Sequence record: NC_028448.1
Direction: 5' to 3' (one strand)
Source of the DNA: Escherichia phage slur14
DNA length: 64,000 nt
A model generated the notes under the pieces. It worked only from the letters and a program-made list of their open reading frames with translations. It was not told the origin of the DNA and made no database searches. The position numbers and the translations under genes are program-made. Below, piece by piece: positions 56,206 to 64,000 of this stretch (positions are counted from its first letter, which is position 1; each line of letters opens with the position of its first letter).

Positions 56206-56808
56206 TTATAGATTAAATCCTTCAAAATCAAGAGTATAGATAGTGTATGTTGAATACTTTTTGTATTCATATCTATCTGCAATTCTAAATACACTTCCAG
56301 CTGGTATCATTACTTCTTGTTCATCTGAAACTAATTCCATATTACGATAACGATGACTATCCGGAAACTTAAAGTTTGGATTGTATTCTTTACAGCGTAG
56401 AGCTTTTATAGCATACTCCTGGAAATTGAACACCATAGGAGCTTTGAATTCAAAAATAACTTGTGTGTTATACTCTAAACCGGAAGCAAAATGTAGAGCT
56501 ATATTTTTATCATATGAAGCTGATACGACTTTATCAAATGTAATAATATCAATTCCTTGATTTAACACCTGCTTAGTCTCAGCTGGAACACCTCTCCAAA
56601 GAGGTTTATCGTTTGGAACCAAACGAGATTTGATTATTTCATTTAACCAAGTATGGTCATCTGGTTTGTTGGTAATACAATGAATTAAAAGTTCAATTTC
56701 AGATAAATTAAACCCTTCAGAAAGTAATTCTTCACGAATAGAAGCACGCACCGATGCATCCATTGATTTTATTTTAAAATCTTTTAGTTGCATTATTGAG
56801 TATTTCAT
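56206..56808 (-). CDS. modA: ADP-ribosyltransferase ModA
   Basis: 200 aa. Confidence 0.85.
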   Translation of the reverse strand: MKYSIMQLKDFKIKSMDASVRASIREELLSEGFNLSEIELLIHCITNKPDDHTWLNEIIKSRLVPNDKPLWRGVPAETKQVLNQGIDIITFDKVVSASYDKNIALHFASGLEYNTQVIFEFKAPMVFNFQEYAIKALRCKEYNPNFKFPDSHRYRNMELVSDEQEVMIPAGSVFRIADRYEYKKYSTYTIYTLDFEGFNL

Positions 56809-57428
56809 TCAACTACCTCAATATCATAAACTTTAAATGTTCCAAATGAATCGTGTAATTTTTCTTTTGAAATAGAAGTTATTCTATACTTTCCAATTGG
56901 AATCATCCATTCTTGTTCACGCACAATCATCATTAAGTTATCAGTACGCTCTGAATCTAGCCCATCAGTATCTTCATACGTGTACTTAAACTCAGTATTA
57001 GGAGAAGAAAGTATAATATCGCTGATATGGTCAGAATAATTAAAAGCTTTATCAGTTTTTAAGCGAAGTATTATTTTAGTAAAATATTCAGCATAAGAAA
57101 AAGAACATGCTGTGAGTAAACTAGTAGTAAATGAATCTACCCTGTTCGTTGAAAACACTTCTCCAACTTGTAAATCTTTAATAAGTTCTTCTGTTGATTT
57201 TGATATACCACGATATAACTGATATGGTGATTTAGTTAAATGCTTTTTAATGATTTTATTCAATTGCCGATGAAGAGCTTCATTCTTTTTAGCTTCCATA
57301 CATTGCCAAAGAACAGACTGCTCAAAGTCAGTAAATTTTTCACAGACCTTTTTATACATATCATATTGAAAATCAACGCTTTCAGCTTTTATAGATAACT
57401 GTTCAACATCTGCAAGATTAATAATCAT
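56805..57428 (-). CDS. modB: ADP-ribosyltransferase ModB
   Basis: 207 aa, paralogous to ModA (shared ...EQE[VW]MIP.G...RI... core), coupled to modA. Confidence 0.85.
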   Translation of the reverse strand: MIINLADVEQLSIKAESVDFQYDMYKKVCEKFTDFEQSVLWQCMEAKKNEALHRQLNKIIKKHLTKSPYQLYRGISKSTEELIKDLQVGEVFSTNRVDSFTTSLLTACSFSYAEYFTKIILRLKTDKAFNYSDHISDIILSSPNTEFKYTYEDTDGLDSERTDNLMMIVREQEWMIPIGKYRITSISKEKLHDSFGTFKVYDIEVVE

Positions 57429-57495
57429 GATAGCCTCCGTATACTTCAGAAGCTATCATATCATCGTTAGAAAGGAAAGTAAACAACTTTTTGAA

Positions 57496-57678
57496 TTATT
57501 TTGCCCAGGGAGCCCAGGGCGGAGGGTCAAGATGGTATGAAGCTAGTTCTTCTAGAAGAGCATCTGGGGCTTCAATTCCATAATTCTGTAATACTATACG
57601 GTACTCTTTCTTATAATCACTAGAATCATTCTGGATATTCGTAGAATGATTATCTTCTAACATCTCAAATAAATCCAT
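57496..57678 (-). CDS. hypothetical protein
   Basis: 60-aa acidic ORF. Confidence 0.45.
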   Translation of the reverse strand: MDLFEMLEDNHSTNIQNDSSDYKKEYRIVLQNYGIEAPDALLEELASYHLDPPPWAPWAK

Positions 57679-57686
57679 ATTAATTC

Positions 57687-58157
57687 CTAGCGATAAAAAC
57701 CAAAGTGACGATTAGCTTCAACAATCTTTCTTTCTTCTTCGGACATTCTCCAGCGTAGTCCAACATCAAAATGAGCCCAGACCATCCTAACAAATGCATT
57801 TATATCTTTAATATCTTCAATAATGAATGTTTTACTTTTAGAAGGTTGACTCGCTAATTTAACTTTATCGTCTTCAAACATGTCAAAAAGACCATATTCA
57901 TGAGCTCTTTTATAGCCTTTAATAGTTAAAGCTTCAGAAGAAGAAAACGGTGAATCAGTATTCTGCAAAATATCTTCAGTATGCTTTATAATTAGAATAA
58001 TATTTTCTGGATATTTTCTTTCTTTTATATCTTTAATTAAAATATCCGGATTTTCTGCTAAAGGAATAATTAACGAGCAATTTTTATCAAGTGTATTTAC
58101 TGATTTACCTTCTTTGGACATAAATTCTATTGAATAATGTTTTGCTACTTCAATCAT
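57687..58157 (-). CDS. hypothetical protein
   Basis: 156-aa ORF. Confidence 0.6.
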   Translation of the reverse strand: MIEVAKHYSIEFMSKEGKSVNTLDKNCSLIIPLAENPDILIKDIKERKYPENIILIIKHTEDILQNTDSPFSSSEALTIKGYKRAHEYGLFDMFEDDKVKLASQPSKSKTFIIEDIKDINAFVRMVWAHFDVGLRWRMSEEERKIVEANRHFGFYR

Positions 58158-58314
58158 GTGATTTCCTTTTGCCTACTAATGGACCGTCAGGAATTTTGTT
58201 TTCCTGGATATATTTCTCATTTTCTTCCATCATTTTACTGCCAATTTTAAGAAGCAAATCCAAGGCTTCATTTGCTTTTGCTTTGGCCTCTTCTAACGTC
58301 ATATCTTTGCTCAT
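58150..58314 (-). CDS. hypothetical small protein
   Basis: 54-aa ORF not in track ([25 protein letters not shown]...); coupled to both neighbours. Confidence 0.45.
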   Translation of the reverse strand: MSKDMTLEEAKAKANEALDLLLKIGSKMMEENEKYIQENKIPDGPLVGKRKSHD

Positions 58315-58514
58315 GATTTATCACCGTAAATATCTCTCATTAATTTAAGAGCTGAGCGCTCTAATTTCTTTTCTTGCTCAGCTTTAATCATAGATTTCAT
58401 CCACTCTTCTGATTCGTTCTGCATTTCTTTATTTGCTTGTTCAACCCAGCCATCATCAATATACATTGAGTTTGGTCTATTGAGCCATTCAAGAATCTTC
58501 TTCAGAACTTTCAT
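58311..58514 (-). CDS. hypothetical protein
   Basis: 67-aa ORF. Confidence 0.5.
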   Translation of the reverse strand: MKVLKKILEWLNRPNSMYIDDGWVEQANKEMQNESEEWMKSMIKAEQEKKLERSALKLMRDIYGDKS

Positions 58515-58974
58515 TTATTTTACCTAAAACAATAGTAGGAGCATCGTCAAATTCATGAATTTTTAGCAAATTTGGTTTTAAATTATTCCATACATAATAA
58601 ATAAAGTATGATAAAGCATCTTCACTCGCAATTATAAATTTATTTCCTTCATTTATTTTCCAGTCATATACTGAATCGTACGAATAAAAAGATAAAGGAT
58701 TACCATTATATTGTTCTGCGCTAACATTAATGTATTCGGATTTAGTAAATGCTTCAATTGCTCTAAACGGACTATTTGGCACAGTTTCAATAATTCCGAT
58801 CTTTTTAAGTTTTATTTCAACATCTTCTGGAACTGGCATTGAAACGAAATTTTCTACGAGATACATAGGGTTACAATAACCCTTATCAATCACTACGGCT
58901 ACAGTAATTGGAACATCTTTAGCAAACGACATGCTATTACTGCTAATATACATTTCAAACAAAATCGCTTCCAT
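58489..58974 (-). CDS. hypothetical protein
   Basis: 161 aa from ATG at 58972-58974 (GAGGAAA SD). Confidence 0.6.
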   Translation of the reverse strand: MEAILFEMYISSNSMSFAKDVPITVAVVIDKGYCNPMYLVENFVSMPVPEDVEIKLKKIGIIETVPNSPFRAIEAFTKSEYINVSAEQYNGNPLSFYSYDSVYDWKINEGNKFIIASEDALSYFIYYVWNNLKPNLLKIHEFDDAPTIVLGKINESSEEDS

Positions 58975-58982
58975 AATTTTCC

Positions 58983-59315
58983 TCAATCGCAAGATGTAGA
59001 TGAACAACCAGAATCACAAGAACTTCCGCATGAATCACCTGCCCATACATGAACAGGGACATTTGTATCATATGAATCAGAACTAGACTGTGTATTAGAT
59101 GATGTAGTAGGTACTGACCAGCGCCAAGGATTTTTATAATATTCTTGGGCTTCTTCATAAGTCATAGTAACTGCTTCTACTGTTCCATCTCCCATATAAA
59201 CATATTCAACTACAGTTAAAGAGAGGTAGTCATTTGAAATAGGAACTACACCTTCTCCGGGAGTTGTAGAGAAAAAATCCGTAAAGAAACTTTTAAACCA
59301 ATTAAAGATAAACAT
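58983..59315 (-). CDS. hypothetical protein with Cys/Ser-rich C-terminal tail
   Basis: 110 aa; tail ...[13 protein letters not shown]...[20 protein letters not shown]. Confidence 0.55.
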   Translation of the reverse strand: MFIFNWFKSFFTDFFSTTPGEGVVPISNDYLSLTVVEYVYMGDGTVEAVTMTYEEAQEYYKNPWRWSVPTTSSNTQSSSDSYDTNVPVHVWAGDSCGSSCDSGCSSTSCD

Positions 59316-59521
59316 TACAAAAAGCCTCTCTTGAATTCGACTTGCTTTTCGCCATAATCATATCGAATCTCTGCATTAAATTCGACAGAACCATCTGCGT
59401 ACATCATAAATGAATGCACAACAACTTCTGTAGACCATGGCTGTAGTTCATATTTCTTCATTACATGTCGTGAAATGATAATATCTAAATCTTCATTTGG
59501 TTTAATCCAGCGATTTAACAT
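59315..59521 (-). CDS. hypothetical protein
   Basis: 68-aa ORF with promoter upstream. Confidence 0.5.
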   Translation of the reverse strand: MLNRWIKPNEDLDIIISRHVMKKYELQPWSTEVVVHSFMMYADGSVEFNAEIRYDYGEKQVEFKRGFL

Positions 59522-59584
59522 AGTGCTCTCCTCTATAAGATAATTCTATTATACCATACTCATTTTGGAAAGTAAACCATTTAA

Positions 59585-59611
59585 ATGAAAAAAGGACTCC
59601 CGAAGGAGTCC
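59585..59611 (-). terminator. intrinsic terminator after soc
   Basis: Minus-strand AGGACTCCTTCGGGAGTCCT followed by TTTTTTCATTT; same hairpin as at 6421-6440. Confidence 0.65.
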
Positions 59612-59617
59612 TTGAAT

Positions 59618-59863
59618 TTATTCACCAGTTACTTTCCACAAATCTTCATTTGCAGCAATCCATTCAGTACGTTGATTTTCTTCATATACTGTAGAATATG
59701 CTGCTTTTTCTGAAGGGAATGTCTGATAATGAGCACCAGAAATTTTGTGAACGTCAGAATAAAGAGGGAAAGCTACAGAAATTTCCTTTCCTTCAATTTT
59801 CTTATTTCCATCTAATTTCTGCTCAAATGTTTTGATATTAACATAACCGCGAGTACTAGCCAT
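59618..59863 (-). CDS. soc: small outer capsid protein Soc
   Basis: 81 aa, MASTRGYVNIKTFEQKLDGNKKIEGKEISVAFPLYSDVHKISGAHYQTFP...; terminator hairpin downstream. Confidence 0.9.
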   Translation of the reverse strand: MASTRGYVNIKTFEQKLDGNKKIEGKEISVAFPLYSDVHKISGAHYQTFPSEKAAYSTVYEENQRTEWIAANEDLWKVTGE

Positions 59864-59879
59864 GTAATTCTCCTTTTAT

Positions 59880-60089
59880 TTAAATTACATGATTATTTAT
59901 AATAAATTCTCGCGGAACGTTAAAATACCCAATTTTAGTTAATATAACAACATCGCCGTTAATAATTACCGGAGAATAATCTTCTGGAGCATTAAATTTC
60001 CAATGGGCTCTAATATTATATCCATCAGAACCAAATGCTCGACTAGCCGGTCTCCCGGCTTTTTGCCATGCATAAAAATCAAATTTCAT
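59880..60089 (-). CDS. hypothetical protein (soc.1 position)
   Basis: 69-aa ORF. Confidence 0.55.
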   Translation of the reverse strand: MKFDFYAWQKAGRPASRAFGSDGYNIRAHWKFNAPEDYSPVIINGDVVILTKIGYFNVPREFIINNHVI

Positions 60090-60283
60090 TTTGAATGCTC
60101 TATAATTAATTTTAAAGCTTCTTCACTGACAAAAATTTCGTCAGGACCTTCTATAATTTCAACCATACGAAGTTGATTAGTTAAGAGCTCACACACGAGC
60201 TCTTTGTTATAATCTTTAAATAGCTGGTCAATACGTTTCTTATGGGCTTTCTTGAGCTGGCGTTTATTTAAACTAGCCATCAA
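60086..60283 (-). CDS. hypothetical protein (soc.2 position)
   Basis: 65-aa ORF. Confidence 0.55.
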   Translation of the reverse strand: MMASLNKRQLKKAHKKRIDQLFKDYNKELVCELLTNQLRMVEIIEGPDEIFVSEEALKLIIEHSK

Positions 60284-60798
60284 TAACCTCGGTCTTGACG
60301 AGCGAAGTTTTCAGCATTTTTCAGATAATAAAGTTTAAAGATTTCTTCAGCCGACATTCCAAGAGCAATAAATTTATTCATGAAAAAGTGAAATTGATCA
60401 ATCAGTTCAAATTTAATTTCAAGCTGATCTTCGGGAGATAAATCTTGAATTTTCTTGGATTGCATTTCAGAATAACGTTTCTTCCAAGGTTTCCATACAG
60501 CAGAAGCTTCTTTTTCACCATTACTCATACCACCAAGAGAAGTATATAGCTCGCGAGTTTCATCTGCGATATAATCGTCTTGGTTTCGCAACCAAGCAAG
60601 AACTTCTCCTGCAGTTTCAAGTGAATCAGGATGACGATTTGTTTCTGGCTTATCATTAGCCAAACGAATCTGTAAATGCCGCTGCATGTCAAGCATAACC
60701 TGCAATGGGTCAATACTGTGCATAATATACTCAGCATATGCACGATTTGCTTTATCAACACCTTCGATCAAATGAGCACATTCATTAAAGTGAGCCAT
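60280..60798 (-). CDS. 56: dCTPase/dUTPase gp56
   Basis: 172 aa from ATG at 60796-60798 (MAHFNECAHLIEGVDKA...). Confidence 0.9.
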   Translation of the reverse strand: MAHFNECAHLIEGVDKANRAYAEYIMHSIDPLQVMLDMQRHLQIRLANDKPETNRHPDSLETAGEVLAWLRNQDDYIADETRELYTSLGGMSNGEKEASAVWKPWKKRYSEMQSKKIQDLSPEDQLEIKFELIDQFHFFMNKFIALGMSAEEIFKLYYLKNAENFARQDRGY

Positions 60799-60858
60799 TA
60801 TTTTTCCTTTCAATTCATTAATAAGTTAAATAATTATATCATTTGAGTATGTAAGCAA

Positions 60859-62198
<1,340 letters not shown>

Positions 62199-62219
62199 TA
62201 TATCATCCTCAGCAATTTA

Positions 62220-62255
62220 TTTTATAATACCATAACAAGCTGAGAAAGTAAACAA
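62220..62255 (-). promoter_or_regulatory. early promoter upstream of the nuclease-like ORF and dam
   Basis: GTAAAC at 62248-62253 and TTATAATACC at 62222-62231, 17-bp spacing. Confidence 0.55.
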
Positions 62256-62297
62256 ATTTATGAAATTTGTGATAAATATTAATTTAAAGGAGGACAT

Positions 62298-62498
62298 ATG
62301 GTACAAAAATTAATGGCACTTGTTAATGCCATAAAAGGTAATAAAAAACGTATAGCTTTTACTATTTCTGCTATGGTAGGAATTTTACTCTGGAACTTTA
62401 TTTTATCACCAATTGCAATTGCGCATGGTGTTAATATTCCAGTAGTTACTCTTGATACATTCGTAGATCTAGCATTTGCTTTAGTTGGGTTAATTTAA
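62298..62498 (+). CDS. small membrane protein on plus strand
   Basis: 66 aa; strong SD AAGGAGG 5 nt before ATG; hydrophobic C-terminal half; 3' end overlaps primase stop by 4 nt. Confidence 0.5.
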   Translation: MVQKLMALVNAIKGNKKRIAFTISAMVGILLWNFILSPIAIAHGVNIPVVTLDTFVDLAFALVGLI

Positions 62499-63523
62499 AT
62501 CTTGGCATATTTAGATAGCCGCATTTTAGCCATCAACCCCTGGGCAATATTATTTTTCATATATTCCATAATTTGTTCAGGGGTTGCACCTTCCTTTCTA
62601 ATCATATCATTAACATCTTTTGATTTCCAGGGAGATTTATCCCAAAACATAACCCTTTCTCCTGCATCAACTAATTTAGTCATTCGTTTAATAGTGTCAG
62701 GGTGACGAGGTTCATTATCTAAAACCCACACTCGTCTATCTTTAAATGGAACAACTTCTAGGTCTAATTGACCACCCGTAATAGCTATACCATTTTCAAT
62801 AAAAAGTGAATCTATAGGTCCTTCTAGAACATATACATCACCATCTTTAACTCGTTCGACTCCATAGATTTTTGTTGCTTCAGGATAAGCTTTGATGGTG
62901 ATATATTTTTGAGGAGCATCTTTCTTTAATGCACGTCCTTGAAACGACTCAGCTTTTCCATTAGCATTATAAATTGGAATAACAAGACGAGGCTCAGAAA
63001 TTTCCTTTTTATATGTTCCCGGTGCTATGCTATTAACCAATTTAGGCCATTCGGTTGTAAACCAAAGATATTTCCATTTATCCTTTGGAATACAACGAGC
63101 TTTTACATATTTTATAATTGGATGGTCTTCCGCCAGTTTATCTAATCTAACACATGACGGAAGAGATTTAATTATTTTCTTCTCAGGTTGTTTAGGAAGT
63201 TCTTTAGGTTTTTCTACTGGACGACTTTTACCTTTTTCTTTTCTTATTTCAAAGATATACTCACGATATAAATCAGGTTCAAACTCCTTTAAATATATTC
63301 CGATTGGTGCATGATAGTTACAGTTATAACAATGAATATTTCCTTCATTATTATCACCATAATACCATCCACGGGCTTTATTTTGGTCGGTTTTTGAATC
63401 TCCGCAAACAGGACATCTAAACCGTAATTTAAAAGTTGAACTATTATTTACTTGTGTGAATTTAGGTAAATGAGCTAATGCACGGTATGCAAACTCATTA
63501 TCAATCCAAGGTATTGATGACAT
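62495..63523 (-). CDS. 61: DNA primase gp61
   Basis: 342 aa; zinc ribbon CPVCGDSKTDQNKARGWYYGDNNEGNIHCYNCNYH and TOPRIM-like region. Confidence 0.95.
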   Translation of the reverse strand: MSSIPWIDNEFAYRALAHLPKFTQVNNSSTFKLRFRCPVCGDSKTDQNKARGWYYGDNNEGNIHCYNCNYHAPIGIYLKEFEPDLYREYIFEIRKEKGKSRPVEKPKELPKQPEKKIIKSLPSCVRLDKLAEDHPIIKYVKARCIPKDKWKYLWFTTEWPKLVNSIAPGTYKKEISEPRLVIPIYNANGKAESFQGRALKKDAPQKYITIKAYPEATKIYGVERVKDGDVYVLEGPIDSLFIENGIAITGGQLDLEVVPFKDRRVWVLDNEPRHPDTIKRMTKLVDAGERVMFWDKSPWKSKDVNDMIRKEGATPEQIMEYMKNNIAQGLMAKMRLSKYAKI

Positions 63524-63525
63524 TT

Positions 63526-63690
63526 TTACTCTTCTTTTTCTTTAGATTCCTCTTTTTTCTTTTTAGGAATCTGTTCAGGACCTTTATTTACTACAGCACC
63601 TGATGTTGTTCCAGTAGAGATATTTTCAGGATTACCACCTGAATCTCCAGCAACCATATCTTCTTTAATAAATTCTTTATATGTTTTCAT
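63526..63690 (-). CDS. hypothetical small protein (61.1 position)
   Basis: 54-aa ORF not in track (MKTYKEFIKEDMVAGDSGGNPENISTG...KKKKEESKEKEE). Confidence 0.5.
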   Translation of the reverse strand: MKTYKEFIKEDMVAGDSGGNPENISTGTTSGAVVNKGPEQIPKKKKEESKEKEE

Positions 63691-63691
63691 A

Positions 63692-64000
63692 TTAACCTCT
63701 ATTCATAAAAGCATTAAAAATTTGGTCATCAATAGATGGAATAGCAACCTTTTCGGCATCATTTAGCAAATCATTAATTTCATCAGATATCATAACACAT
63801 GTGCCTTTATTTCCTGTAATTGTTACTGCACAATTACGAACGTTTTCTTTATCAAATTTTAGGTTAATATTTTCGTAGTGAAAATCCTTTAATGCCGAAT
63901 ATATCTTTAAAATGAAATTGTCTTTTACTACAATAAACCCAACTTCACTATTAAAACGTGGTTCATGGAAACTGTAATAAACCTTTTCATCTATGAAATC
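63692..64000 (-). CDS. hypothetical protein, N-terminus beyond window (61.2 position)
   Basis: In-frame minus-strand coding from window end to TAA at 63692-63694. Confidence 0.55.
   Translation of the reverse strand, partial: DFIDEKVYYSFHEPRFNSEVGFIVVKDNFILKIYSALKDFHYENINLKFDKENVRNCAVTITGNKGTCVMISDEINDLLNDAEKVAIPSIDDQIFNAFMNRG

Overview
This window reads as a T-even (T4-like, Tevenvirinae) phage segment, collinear with the T4 map from alt through gene 61. Early and middle genes are densely packed on the minus strand with frequent ATGA/TAATG start-stop overlaps; the late long-tail-fibre operon (34-35-36-37-38) and holin t are on the plus strand behind TATAAATA late promoters. Recognisable products include alt, DNA ligase, rIII, gp31, dCMP deaminase, PseT, a spanin pair, alc, RnlA, denA, nrdB, nrdA, td, frd, gp32, gp59, gp33, dsbA, RNase H, asiA, motA, gp52, stp, ndd, denB, rIIB, rIIA, gp39, motB, dexA, dda, srd, modA, modB, soc, gp56, dam and primase gp61. 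Protein names come from reading translations against remembered T4 sequences; no database search was run. Unlike T4 as I recall it, td and nrdB are intronless, gp39 is a single fused 39/60 reading frame, and no homing-endonuclease genes sit at the usual T4 sites. The loci most worth a second look are a PD-(D/E)xK nuclease-like ORF translationally coupled to dam, a small plus-strand membrane ORF beside it, an extra ORF between td and frd, a ~350 bp GC-rich non-coding island between 30.9 and rIII, and the variable modB-soc and 39-motB clusters. The ORF track calls GTG/TTG starts as M, so several starts were moved to the first ATG with a Shine-Dalgarno; ORFs under 60 aa are absent from the track and were found by eye.
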